Assembly (NCBI GenBank): GCA_000091205.1
Contig: AP006501.2
Direction: 5' to 3' (one strand)
DNA length: 64,000 nucleotides
Source of the DNA: Cyanidioschyzon merolae
Lineage: Eukaryota
Part shown: piece by piece, positions 35,490-46,541 of the stretch
Numbering within the stretch: position 1 is the stretch's first letter
Layout of the letters: every line of letters starts with the position of its first letter
Position numbers and translations under genes: made by a program
The notes under the pieces: generated by a model
Told to the model about the DNA's origin: nothing
The model's input: the letters and a program-made list of their open reading frames with translations, nothing else
Databases searched by the model: none

Positions 35490-38400
35490 AAAACGCTGCC
35501 GCCAACGGTGTACAGTAGTTACGGGAAACGCGCCGTAAGCAAATCGTCTCCAGCTGAGGTGCAGACGCATCCCCGTCTTTTTCGACCGTCCACCTACTAC
35601 GTCTTTCATTTTCTTCTCATATAATTCCACTTTGAGAGGTCGCCCCACAGGTTCTCTCGTGTCGAATCTGGAGGTCTTTTCTCCAGCACCGCACATCTCC
35701 TGATATTGATAGCGACATTAAAGTCTCGGTTCACAAACTCCATGCGTTTCTTGCCATCTTTGGTTGTGCTTACTAATGCAAGTAGCCCACGAACTTTCGC
35801 CCTCCTTTCCATTTGCTCCTCCGTCAGCGGTCCGTACTTTGCTATTTCGTCAGGGCTCCTCTGGCACTTTTCCATCTCGATCCTTTGAAGTGTACAACAC
35901 AGTTCATGGTGTGTATACGATGTTCGGAACTCATCTACAGGTATTGTAACTAACCTGTCTGCACACCCCTTGTACGTTCTTGTCGTTGGAGCTCGTGTAC
36001 ACTCTTTTTCAGACGCCTAGCGCCCTGCTCCGTATGCTACTACCAGCCTTTGACTTTCATCCTCTTTGAAGGCACTCAGCTGACTGAAAAAGTTCGCGAA
36101 CGCACACTGCTTGCCACCGTATAGATTCATACGCAATCGAGGCCACCGGGGCTTTGTATACTCTTTCCACAGTGCCTCCTAATGAGCAATACGAACTTTC
36201 ATGAACTCCCGAAAAGCTTGAAAATCTGCTCCGCGGCTCGTCACCTCGCTCAAAGCTTCCAGGTGCTCTTTCATTCCTGCATTGCATGTCTCGTTTTTCT
36301 TCCTCGTATTCATCACACCGGATTCTCGATAGTATCTCGCTCTCGGGAACCTCAAAAGACGCATGTCTTTCTGAATGAAGTTGCCGTCTGGACCATATTC
36401 CGCACGCCTGGGTACAGCGATGGCTGTGACATTCGTATTCCCAGGGTCCGCGCCAACGACAAAGTCGTTATACTTCCTTTTCTGTGTGGCACAATCCGCC
36501 TCCTTCTCATCTTCATACCTCGTCACGTCAACGACAACGTCGTCATCCTCTACCTCTTGCGTAGCAGGATCCGCGTCTTTGTTTTCCTCATCCTTCGTGA
36601 CGGGCGCAGCCGAGGACGGAACTGGCCGAGCTGCCTTCAACCGCCGATAGTCTACACACTAGGCTACTCCATCGGTTTCGATCATCCCCGTGAATACCTT
36701 TTGCTTGCTCGTTTTGAGACGTTTGAAATCGAAGATGTTCTTCCAGTACGTCTCCCTGGTTTCACGGGTGAACTCTCTTTTCCTAAAGTTGAACTCCGGA
36801 CTGATTTCCCTCATGATGCCGTAAAGGACGCCGGAGTCGATAGTCACATAATGTGACTTGATGTTGCACAACGGAACGACGTTGAAGCGCTTCCCCATTA
36901 GGAAAGCCTTCTGTCTCTCCCACTCTTCATTCTTGTCCTCACTCGGCTTCATCTCCGCCTTGCGTTCGAGTTCACGGTCCAGAAACACGAAATAGCGCAG
37001 GATGAGGCGATAATGTCTTTCCTTATCTTTTTTCAACTCTGATACCTTTGCTGCTTGATTCGCCAGCCCCAGTACCGCACGGTGCTCTTGTATAGGCGCA
37101 CGGATTACAGAAGCTTCATTCGTGCTCCTGTGTGACGTCTTCTCATCAACGAATTCGATCTCATCTTCATGCTTGCGATCGTTCGTGATGCCATCGATAA
37201 TCGCCCATATTCCTTTGCGAGAGATGCCCGGATAGAGTGCAAACACCGCGCGTATGATGAAACGTTGGAGCTTCATGGTCATATGGTTCCTCAAGTTCGT
37301 GACGTACGTTTTCATCGCCCCGTAGGTGTAAACACTCGAGTCACCCCTGTATCGAGCACCGCCGAAGCGGGATTCGGTGTGGTTTTCGTGGAGGGCATGC
37401 ACTAGCTCATTTTGCTTCCGCGTTTCCGCTGTACCAAGCATCAGATGGCGAATAAAAGTCTTGTCGAATAATTCTTTCCGAACTTCGACTGTTTAGATGT
37501 CCGTCACGTCGCGATACATCCTCTTCACCAAATGCATGAGTCCTGAAGAGGCCTTTACAATACTCAAGGAGTACGACTCGTCATGGGTTCTGATAGCCTC
37601 CCGCACTTTTTCCCTGTACGGATCCTTGATATGTCCAAGAATACAGACTTTCACTACTGTCTCGTCGTACTGTCGTCTTTCTTGCAGCCATTGGCGTCGG
37701 GCTTCCATCTTTTGCTTCTTGGCCCTCTCCAGTTCCTGTGGACTCGGCACTGTTTTTCGGTTTTTTTTCTGGAAACCGGCGACACACTGGGCCTCCGGCA
37801 TCCTCCACTTCCACTTACGTACATTTCCTTTTTATTTTTTTGAAAAAGGAACCCCCTTTGACTGCTTCTTCTATGAACCGCGAACAATGACTTGAATACA
37901 CTCTCTTGAGAGTTGAAACACAACGGAATCGAAAAAATATACTTTGCTACGGCTTCAGAGCGAATACTACTCGTACATTAGAGCAGAATGCTAACGATCA
38001 GGATCGCGTTTCACTTCAACGGCGAGAAGCACGTCATGTATCATGCCCGCCAGATATGGAGATACGCGCATCGACCATGCTACACAAAAAAGGAAGAGAA
38101 ACTAGCAGTTCAATTGCAACGAGATAACGATTTCTTCTCCCTCTATGATACATATTAAAAGGGAGGCAAGATTTCCATGTAGTCGAAACTTTACTTTCCG
38201 GGCGGAAGGCCCTGCGAGCCGGACGAGTCTGCTAGACCAGTCCTTCATGATCTTCCCAGTGCTCAGTGCTGTGGTGATATTCGAGCAACTCGACCGAAAC
38301 GCAGTTTATTCTCGGGCCGGGGACGGGTATGCTGCGTCTGGGCATCGCGCTGGTCGCAGTGGACTCCTACAAAGTCGTTTCGCGCCACACTACACTGTAC

Positions 38401-38575
38401 CTCTGTCTGCGCAGAGTGCATGCTCCCAGGATGATATTGAATCCCGACCACGTTTCAGGTGAAGCTTTCCTCGATCCGAATCCCTCAGTGGTATGGCAAA
38501 GCCGCTCTGCCTCTATGATGCATCGGCATCAGCCGTATAAGCGCTTTTGCTGGAGGTCAAAGCGGGCACTCGGCG
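35490..38575 (-). mobile_element. TnpB/Fanzor-like RuvC-nuclease element, copy 1 (more decayed), inserted between the divergently transcribed FkbM-like and O-methyltransferase genes
   Basis: An about 3.08-kb block collinear with 58620..61636. The 5' 1.7 kb is about 99% identical between copies and the 3' 1.2 kb about 80-85%. Similarity stops at ...gggcactcggcgc (38575) and fades out near 35490. Confidence 0.6.
35606..37801 (-). pseudogene. Disrupted Fanzor/TnpB-like ORF of copy 1
   Basis: ORF0 37493..37801 (basic N-terminus, KKNRK / RAKKQK). In-frame TAA. ORF A 36659..37441, ending at a TAG where copy 2 has CTG. Fragment 36179..36640 carries RuvC-I ([11 protein letters not shown]). A gap at 35875..36179 lacks an ORF. 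Fragment 35606..35875 carries RuvC-III (NRDFNVAINI). Confidence 0.6.
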
Positions 38576-38794
38576 CACTTTAGTACTCACAAAACGATCC
38601 GTATATCCGAGAGGAAGTAAGCGTCATGGAACTTGAGGATAGGGTGCATCATGATGGACACTTTTTCGATTATTAATCCACATCCCGCAATTTGCGATCC
38701 AAGTACAATCTGAGCGTTTTGTCAAACCGAAAAGAAATCACCATGGCTGCAGACGCCCCCGGCGTGCTCACGAGTTGTTCAGCTCAGCGCCTCT

Positions 38795-39931
38795 ATGGTT
38801 CCAGAAGGTGCTTGCTCTGCCAAGGAGCTCACTGAAAACGACCAACTCCGCCAAATATATGCAATTTACTATGGCAACCGCAAAGCAGCAGTCCTTGCCG
38901 TTGCCCAGCGTTACCGAGTTTTTGACTTTTTAGAAGCCCGCGAACCGGCCGGAGCAACCCTCGATGATATCGTGCAAGCATACGGCTTTTCAGTTCGCGG
39001 AACGAAGGCGCTACTGCTTGCACTCGAGTACCTGAATCTGGTAAAGATTGCAAATGATCGCTACTTCCTAGCACCGTCCAGTCGACAGTTCTTGGTTTCC
39101 ACTGCACCAGAGTCTGTCGCTGGCTTGATCGACCTGGAGTTCTCGGAGTTTATCACACCGAGCGCCCTTGACCAAGCTTTACGTTCCGGACGACCACAAG
39201 TCTACGACGCTGTACCAGACGTATGGCAACAACACCAACAGGATACAGAGCGCTGCGTCCGCTTCACAGCTGCGATGCACGCTATCAGCAGTGGACCCGC
39301 TCGTGCTATGGTCCAGAGGCTCGCCCTCGAGCCGCACTGGGGCCTGCACGCGTCACTGGCAACGCGACCGCATCGTCTGCTTGATGTCGGTGGTGGCAGT
39401 GGCTGCTATGCCATCGAATGGATGCGGCATGCACCTGTACCTAACAGCGAAGCCGACGTGCTCGAGACGCCAGCCTGCAGCCGCGTGACCCAGCACTACA
39501 TCGACGAGGCCGCTTCGAGCATCCAACCGAATCGTATTCGCGTCCTGCCCGGTGATATGTTCACAGAAGAAGCGTACGGTGATGCGAATAGGTATACGCA
39601 CGTCCTGCTCTCGCAGATCCTTCACGACTGGCCAGTGCGTAGCGAGGCGTCGTCCGCACCGCGGCGAGATGGCGAACGCCTGGTAGAACTTGCGTGGCGG
39701 GCGCTATCTCCTGGAGGTGTCCTTGTTGTTCACGAGAAACTCGTGCACGATGAAGACTCCGCCATGGTGACTATAGATATGTTGCATTGGACCCAGGGTC
39801 AACAGTACACAGAGGCGATGATGCGGGAGCTGTTACGCGATGCGCATTTTATCGAGGTGCGCTTTCGGAAGACGCCTCACACCTACTGGTGGCTAGCCCT
39901 GGCGCAGCGACCATTCACCCCGAGTACGTAG
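38795..39931 (+). CDS. Family-2 (plant/bacterial-type) O-methyltransferase
   Basis: Has an N-terminal dimerisation/winged-helix region and a SAM-binding block RLLDVGGGSGCYAIEW...IRVLPGDMF...HVLLSQILHDW...GGVLVVHEKL. ATG confirmed at 38795. Confidence 0.6.
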   Translation: MVPEGACSAKELTENDQLRQIYAIYYGNRKAAVLAVAQRYRVFDFLEAREPAGATLDDIVQAYGFSVRGTKALLLALEYLNLVKIANDRYFLAPSSRQFLVSTAPESVAGLIDLEFSEFITPSALDQALRSGRPQVYDAVPDVWQQHQQDTERCVRFTAAMHAISSGPARAMVQRLALEPHWGLHASLATRPHRLLDVGGGSGCYAIEWMRHAPVPNSEADVLETPACSRVTQHYIDEAASSIQPNRIRVLPGDMFTEEAYGDANRYTHVLLSQILHDWPVRSEASSAPRRDGERLVELAWRALSPGGVLVVHEKLVHDEDSAMVTIDMLHWTQGQQYTEAMMRELLRDAHFIEVRFRKTPHTYWWLALAQRPFTPST

Positions 39932-40374
39932 TCCTGCTGCAGAGAAGCAGGCGATGACGAATCGGTATCACTGGGAGGTTAACAGCAGTATCCACCGAAA
40001 TCTTGCGTATATTCAGAGGCGCACACACCCCATACCTAGCATTATGACGCAGAGGTACTGCATACATTCCCGTTGTGTTGCAGCTTGTCGCTTTACACGC
40101 ACCAATTAAGGCAGCTCAGATACCCGGTGCCCCGGCCTGCCCGAAAACGCCGAAGCGTGTGCACCGTGCGGCATTAGATGCATTGTCGTGCGGTTGTCGC
40201 AACAGCGGATACAGCGGACGCGCACACCCCTGTCTTGTATCCGTGGTCAGCGCCGCGTATCGACTCTACGCCAGCTTAGGTGCCTTGATCCGCCTAGGTA
40301 CATTGCACCAGCCCAGGAGCCTGCTGCTCCGCAGCGGCCTCCGTACCGTTCGTATTGCCTCTGCGGACTGCACA

Positions 40375-43300
40375 CTAGGCCTCTGGTGCGGATGCAGTGA
40401 CATCGCTGGCGCTGCCTACCTGTAGCGCTCTGGGTGACGTCTCCCGCAGCGCCGTATCGATCGTGTAACCAAAACGCTCTAGGATGGACTTCACTTCCGG
40501 CTGTAGAAGTACGCTACGTTCCGCCACTGCCAATTGTTGGAGAACAGCGAGCACTTCGGGATCTGCGCTCTGCATCAGCGCAGATAGCGTCAAGAGCGCT
40601 TGGCGTCGAACGTCGGCTTTCTGTGCGCCCAGAGCGAGTCGCGCAAGACGCCGACAAAAGATGCCTCCCTGGTACGCACTGAGCGCGTCTCGGAATCGCG
40701 CACTTGCTTCGATCATTTCTCGGTAGGGGCCGAGAATGTATTCCGCATGACACGCGGAAGAGCTCTGGTGTTGCAGCGGCAACCACTGGGAGCCACTGGC
40801 TTCGCAGTTCGAGTCTGCGATCTTTGCGGCAGCTGTCACTGGAGCACGCGGCGATCTCGTTTCAGCGTTGCAGAAAGGTAGCTCTGCGAGCACCTGCAAG
40901 AACGTTGAAACGGAGCCGGCGTCAGCAGATAGCGGTTCGTGAGGCAGCAGCAGCAGCACATCTTCGATCTGTCGAAGACTGGTTTTGCTGGCGTGCATCC
41001 AAGTCACCAGCGATTCCAGGATCGCCTTCTGGTGCGACGTCAACAGGTGCGACACCCGCATGTCATCGTCTCTGGGCGACGCTTCGGGTGCGGTGATGCT
41101 CGCTCCGCGCTCCGACAGCGTGTTTGCTGCGCTTGGGGGTCGCGTGGCGGCTGCTGCAGGCGCTAGCGATACCGCCTCGGCCTCCTTGGAAGCACGTAGA
41201 CGCTGTTGTCGAACGACAGTGCCCAGTAATTCCCCGATCAGGAAGCCGGTGACACCATTCTGCCACAAAACTTGACGAATACGCTCTGAGCTGCAGTCCA
41301 AGGCACACAGAATCTCGATAGCGAAACCTCGCAACGGATGTTCGCCGCTTTGACCAGGAGCGTCCTCCGAGCATGCAGTGCCTGGGTGGTTCCGGTTAGA
41401 ACCGGCACCCGTGCCCGATGGCGTCTGTGATACAGGTCCAGTGCCCGCGATAGCTCCACCGCCAGCGCGGGCCAGCTGCAGCAGATAGCGTACCAGCTTG
41501 CCATTGTGTGCACAAACTGCTTCTTCCTGTCGTTCTCTGGTCTCCAGGGGACCTCGCAAACGACACAAATTGAAAAGGGTTATGATGATGCGCCCATCGA
41601 GCAGCATGCTGTGCTCCAGCATGCCCACCAAGACGGTGATCGCACCCGAAGTTTGCAGCGCCCGATGGGACTCCTGATGACCACTCAGATCGCGGAGCGA
41701 ATTCAGGACACTCAGCTGATCGCGCTGATCTCTCAACGCCGGCAGGATATGCACAATGGGTTGAAGGACACTGCGGCGGGCCATGTGTTTCTCAATGACC
41801 GAGTCTGCTGGCGGAAAGAGCAGCCATAGCTCCACGAGGCGGCTAACCAGGTGCTCGACGTGCTCCTCGTGCAGCGCGTGCGTCTGACGCGCTTTGGTCG
41901 GCGATTCGTGATCCAGCTTCTGCTGCTCAACACTGGGAGCCGGTTTGTGCGCCAGCCATTCAATACACCATTCGAGCGCCTCGGACAGGCGATCCAGAAA
42001 CCCGTCCCGAGCTAGCAAACGGCAGATATCATGGCGACGACGCTGACTTTCCGTCTGCATCACGAGCGCCACCCCGCGCAGCGCAATGAGCGTCATTTCC
42101 CAGTAACGGCTAAAGTCGGGTTCGAGCAGGTGCACAAACACGCGCAGCCCTCGACTTGCAATGAAAGTTTCGATGAAACGAACATCGCTCTCATCAAGCA
42201 CCGCCGCGGTGTCCAGCCTTTTCTGGTTGTACGCGAAAGCGAACGTTCTCCGATCGGATGCGGTCTCGGAGCCCGCGTCCTGGGCACTGGGCGCACACGC
42301 AACCTTGCCCTCGTGAACGCCTACATCTTCAACATCAATGTGCAGCATTTTGGCAAGCAAGTGCGCACTCTGCATTCGAACACGATCATTATAAGTTCGA
42401 GCGGAGAATTCTACCAGAATTGGGACTATTCCTGCAATACAGAGGTGCTCGCGGAATGCGCGCCCTTCGGCCGTCGAGTCTGGCACACCCGGCATCGTGG
42501 CCGCTGCCTCGTTCAGAAACGCTAGAATCCGCTCAACGAGCACCTGCTCTTCAATGCCAGATGCATCTAATACTTCCATCAGTGGAATGAGCAGGTGGTG
42601 TGTCACCAAGTAGAATCGCTGGGGTTGAACTTCTCGGAAAAGCTCCAGGATAGAGTTGGCTGCCTCTACAGCGCGCTGCTTGGAGTCGCCGAGCGTGAGG
42701 TCAGCCCGCACCAATGCGGAAATCTTGCGACTGATTTCCTCCCATACCAGACGTTCGTAGCGATCTCGAGGCAACGAATCGGAGTGTCGTAGCTTGCGTT
42801 CGCTTCTTCGTCGCTGCCGGGGAATAGCATTTGCATCGGTATCGGCATCGGCAGGCTCGGTGGGTTGCAGTCGAGCCGCTTGCGAAACGTCGCCAACTTG
42901 GACGAGTGTTGAGGCTGTTGGTGGATTCAAGGAATCTCCTTCGCTCTCAGCAGATGAGATTGAAGGTGACGAGAACAAAGACAAGGATTGGCTCTGGTAT
43001 CCAACATGTGGAAACGAATGTCTCAGAGACAAGGAGCGCTCCCGCGATTGCCGCAACCTGGATCTTGAGACCGGAGATGACGTTCGATTCCGGGAGCGAT
43101 CCCCAGCGACTTCAGAGTCCGGTGTAAGGTCCGGCGTATCCGTTTCCGAGTCGGTCTCATCCGAACTCGGCATGTCTACGGATACAGAGAATCTCGTTGT
43201 GTGGAGCGACTGCCGCCATCGCTGCAGCTCCTCCAGAAGCAGGTCCTCGTTCTCGATACCTAAATCATCGTAGGTCTCTTCCTTTTCAGCAAACATCTCA

Positions 43301-44994
43301 AGGGTCTCCACAGAGATGCGAACTGGGGGCGTGCTTCCTGCTATGGATCCACGTTGCTTGTCGTGATGCGCACTCGTCTGGGGATGATCGGTGCCCACGG
43401 AGGATTGCTTCATCGATGCCGGGGCCGCATGCGGCGCCATAGAGGCCAGCAGCGCTGCTCTGCGCTGGCTGGGGACTCCATTCGGATCCGCGGTGCCTCC
43501 AGAGACTCCGTCTTGGTGTTCCTCAGCTGGGCGCGATAACCGCTCCGTCGTCGGCGCTTTGTTTCCGAACGCAGCCAAATCCTCGGCAGAGCGCAGCGTC
43601 ATGCTGTCGAAATCCTCCGCAATGTCTGGTTCCTCTTCGTCGAGATCCTCGGCAGCCGGTGCATCATCGAGTTCCTCGTCCATGAGCGAATCCTCCGATG
43701 GAACTTGCACATTCACTGATTTCGGAGGCGGCACCGGTAGGTGTGGAACTGGCTCGTTCTCGTGGTGCGATGCAATCGCGCTGTGCTTCGAGGAACCTCT
43801 TCTATGTTTCTGCTGCCGCCTTGGTTGGTTGCCAGGATACGTATCGACCGAATCTGACTCGTCCGAATCGCTCGACGCTTCCATGAGTCGGGATTCAGCT
43901 CTCTTGAGCTCGCTGGTTCGCTTTACCAGCCACGGATGCCGAAGCAGCATCTCCGCTGAAGGTCTCCGTTCTGCATCCTTCTGGAAGCATTGGAGCAGAA
44001 AATCCGCCATACCCTCGCTGACGTTCGGGGGCAATGGAGGATGCTCATCACTTACGATACGAAACAGTGCAGACATGGGTGCCAGTTCATAATAAGGCGG
44101 ATACCCCGTAAACAATTCGATCACCGTACAGCCGATGCTCCAGATATCGCTAGCAGTCCCGTAGCCGCTCATTTCGATGATTTCCGGCGCCATCCAGTAC
44201 GGTGATCCCGCGATCGAGGGCGCCGCTGCAGGTCCCCCGGCAGACGCACTGCCACTGCTCCAAAGAGTCTCCGTGTCACTGCGCATGAGCTTGGTTGCGA
44301 CGCCAAAGTCGGCGAGCTTCACGAACGCGCGCTTGTTGAGCAGGATATTCGCGCCTTTAATATCGCGGTGAATGACACCCTGCTCGTGCAGGTACGTAAG
44401 ACCTTTCAGCGCCTGGGATACGTACCACGCAATCAAGGTCTCTGGAAGCGGACCGAAACGGCGAACAATACCAGCCAGAGACCCAGACTCCATGAACTCC
44501 GTAACAATCGAAATATGCCTCTCATCGTGAAGCACTGTAGAGTACTTGACGATATTGAAATGATTGAGCTTGGAGAGGAGCTCAATCTCGTTTCGCACCG
44601 CCTCGCGGTCTGCAGGCCCCATATGCTCGATTGGGATTTGTTTCACCGCCACAAAGTAACCCGTGCTGATCTCAATAGCCTTATAGACGACACCATACGC
44701 GCCACGACCGAGCTGCTCGCCCAGATAGTACAGAACCTCGCCCGTACTGGAGCAGAGGGTTTTCACTTCGGTGTTTGCGCGAGTTCGAAGAAGACTCCGC
44801 GGCACGGATGAAGGCCGACGAGCAGTCGATAACGTCTGAGCGATGTTGCTTGTTTGTTTCGCTCTTGAGGGGCTTTTCGCGCGACCAGCGTTTCGTTCGC
44901 CTGACCCAGGGCTACCACTTGTCTCCTTCTCTTGGTTGCCTGCCCTGTATTTGCGGTCGCTCAGCTTTTTCGAGAAAGAGTTACCATACTCCAT
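40375..44994 (-). CDS. MAP3K-epsilon / Cdc7(Sp) / Cdc15(Sc)-type STE-group Ser/Thr kinase with a long C-terminal ARM/HEAT-like region and acidic/Ser-rich inserts (1,539 aa)
   Basis: Kinase domain YYLGEQLGRGAYGVVYKAIEISTGYFVAVKQI...HRDIKGANILLNKRAFVKLADFGVATKL...GSPYWMAPEIIEMSGYGTASDIWSIGCTVIELFTGYPPYYELAPMSALFRIV. This is near-identical in pattern to plant MAP3Ke and fungal Cdc15. ATG confirmed at 44994. Confidence 0.85.
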   Translation of the reverse strand: MEYGNSFSKKLSDRKYRAGNQEKETSGSPGSGERNAGRAKSPSRAKQTSNIAQTLSTARRPSSVPRSLLRTRANTEVKTLCSSTGEVLYYLGEQLGRGAYGVVYKAIEISTGYFVAVKQIPIEHMGPADREAVRNEIELLSKLNHFNIVKYSTVLHDERHISIVTEFMESGSLAGIVRRFGPLPETLIAWYVSQALKGLTYLHEQGVIHRDIKGANILLNKRAFVKLADFGVATKLMRSDTETLWSSGSASAGGPAAAPSIAGSPYWMAPEIIEMSGYGTASDIWSIGCTVIELFTGYPPYYELAPMSALFRIVSDEHPPLPPNVSEGMADFLLQCFQKDAERRPSAEMLLRHPWLVKRTSELKRAESRLMEASSDSDESDSVDTYPGNQPRRQQKHRRGSSKHSAIASHHENEPVPHLPVPPPKSVNVQVPSEDSLMDEELDDAPAAEDLDEEEPDIAEDFDSMTLRSAEDLAAFGNKAPTTERLSRPAEEHQDGVSGGTADPNGVPSQRRAALLASMAPHAAPASMKQSSVGTDHPQTSAHHDKQRGSIAGSTPPVRISVETLEMFAEKEETYDDLGIENEDLLLEELQRWRQSLHTTRFSVSVDMPSSDETDSETDTPDLTPDSEVAGDRSRNRTSSPVSRSRLRQSRERSLSLRHSFPHVGYQSQSLSLFSSPSISSAESEGDSLNPPTASTLVQVGDVSQAARLQPTEPADADTDANAIPRQRRRSERKLRHSDSLPRDRYERLVWEEISRKISALVRADLTLGDSKQRAVEAANSILELFREVQPQRFYLVTHHLLIPLMEVLDASGIEEQVLVERILAFLNEAAATMPGVPDSTAEGRAFREHLCIAGIVPILVEFSARTYNDRVRMQSAHLLAKMLHIDVEDVGVHEGKVACAPSAQDAGSETASDRRTFAFAYNQKRLDTAAVLDESDVRFIETFIASRGLRVFVHLLEPDFSRYWEMTLIALRGVALVMQTESQRRRHDICRLLARDGFLDRLSEALEWCIEWLAHKPAPSVEQQKLDHESPTKARQTHALHEEHVEHLVSRLVELWLLFPPADSVIEKHMARRSVLQPIVHILPALRDQRDQLSVLNSLRDLSGHQESHRALQTSGAITVLVGMLEHSMLLDGRIIITLFNLCRLRGPLETRERQEEAVCAHNGKLVRYLLQLARAGGGAIAGTGPVSQTPSGTGAGSNRNHPGTACSEDAPGQSGEHPLRGFAIEILCALDCSSERIRQVLWQNGVTGFLIGELLGTVVRQQRLRASKEAEAVSLAPAAAATRPPSAANTLSERGASITAPEASPRDDDMRVSHLLTSHQKAILESLVTWMHASKTSLRQIEDVLLLLPHEPLSADAGSVSTFLQVLAELPFCNAETRSPRAPVTAAAKIADSNCEASGSQWLPLQHQSSSACHAEYILGPYREMIEASARFRDALSAYQGGIFCRRLARLALGAQKADVRRQALLTLSALMQSADPEVLAVLQQLAVAERSVLLQPEVKSILERFGYTIDTALRETSPRALQVGSASDVTASAPEA

Positions 44995-46541
44995 AGAGGC
45001 CTTTTACAAGTAAGAAATCTATCCAAGCACTCGGAACGAGCACTCTAACAGAATCACCAGAGGCCTCTCTCTTTCTCTCGGGGTTCGCGTGCGCAAGAGC
45101 AGGGATCCGGGTGTACGTTCTGCAGTTCCCGGGGACTCGTGCACGCGCACACGCCATACGCGCCAGTTCACCGACTGCGCGATGGATCGGCGGCACGCCG
45201 CGGCGCTCAAGGCATCGCACAGGCGCGACGCTGTCAGCGTGTGCGCGCCCCGACCGATGGCCTACGCGCGGACACGCGCAGCGCCTCCTGCCTTGGACAT
45301 GTCGCCCCTGTGCAGGATCGTGTGCTCCTCGGGCACATACACGCGCCCTCATTCGATCTGTATCGTAGAACGCTCTTGATCCAGTCCGCGTATGCCTAGA
45401 ATCGTGAACGCTGTACCATATGAAATACCTTCTCCTCTAATGGGTCATGATGCAGTGCACGCATTACAGTGAAGAATCTGTCGAGTGAGCTGGAGTACCC
45501 TGGTTGCGCGAACGCGACTACGAGTCAGCGGCAGGGACACGAGACCCAGTGCACCACAACGAGCATGCGCACGCGTACAGCGTCCAGGCGCAGGTATGCC
45601 ATGAACGTGCTGCGACTGGTGCTGCGACCCCCATGCTGTCGCGCCTCCAGCGTATATACGCTTCTACGGAATACACCTGTCGAGAGCCTGCTCTTTGAAT
45701 GCGCAACTTTTATGAATCATGCATACGATACGCTCTGTTTGTAGAATCATTATCTGGGAATCTGCCTTTACCAATGACCTCGTCTTGTGCCGCCGCTGTT
45801 TCCATCGAGGGAATCGCGATCGCGTGCATATCGCGACGGCGTCGATTCCGTGTTGACTTGTCAAGAGCAGCGAGGTTGGTGAGCCGGCTTTTTTTACCGA
45901 GAACAATTGCTCATTGGGGAATGGAAATCGGCGTCTTCTACGATGAGGGTGCACCACGAGAACTGTGGTTTGCTGTCGTGCAGCCATCGGCATCGATGCG
46001 GGGGCTTTGCTGGCGGCCCCGACACACCTCCAATAACCTGACTGTTCATGGGTGTTGAGGCAGCCGCCGCAGCCATTCGTGCATGCAGACGAGCATAGGT
46101 TCATCGAGAAAACTGACGCTGGGCTGCGTCACAAACAGCATGGATCCTCCGTCATGTATGCATTCGGGACGCACCCGCTGCGGGTTTAATTAGCAATAGC
46201 TCGAGTTTTGACTTTACGAGAAAGCGTCCACATCTTGGTGTCAGGACAACGAGCGTGCATCTGCGCAAGCCGATATCCCCAGACTCGTGCACGAGCGCAC
46301 CGATCGATGCACGGGTAGGAATCGGTGTCGAACCCCATGTGTCTGTGTAGATGTATGCGTGTGTTTCTCTCTCTCGCATCGAAGGCGTGCCGGGTATCCC
46401 GGATGCTGCTCAAAGCCCAAGCTCGAGTGAATGAGTCCTACCTCGTGCCCCTCATGGGATAATGCGTTGCCTTCGAGTGTTCTATGAACTCGCCGAGGAC
46501 TCGTCCTGATGTTATCGCGAGGTTCTCGGACTGGTCCGTTT

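Noticed and set aside
34332-35696. Full 454-aa extent of the ORF-track FkbM-like ORF
   Set aside because: Its first 80 codons are the frame-shifted 3' tail of element copy 1, including a PLKVELYEKK echo of the Fanzor-like C-terminus. I moved the start to 35456.
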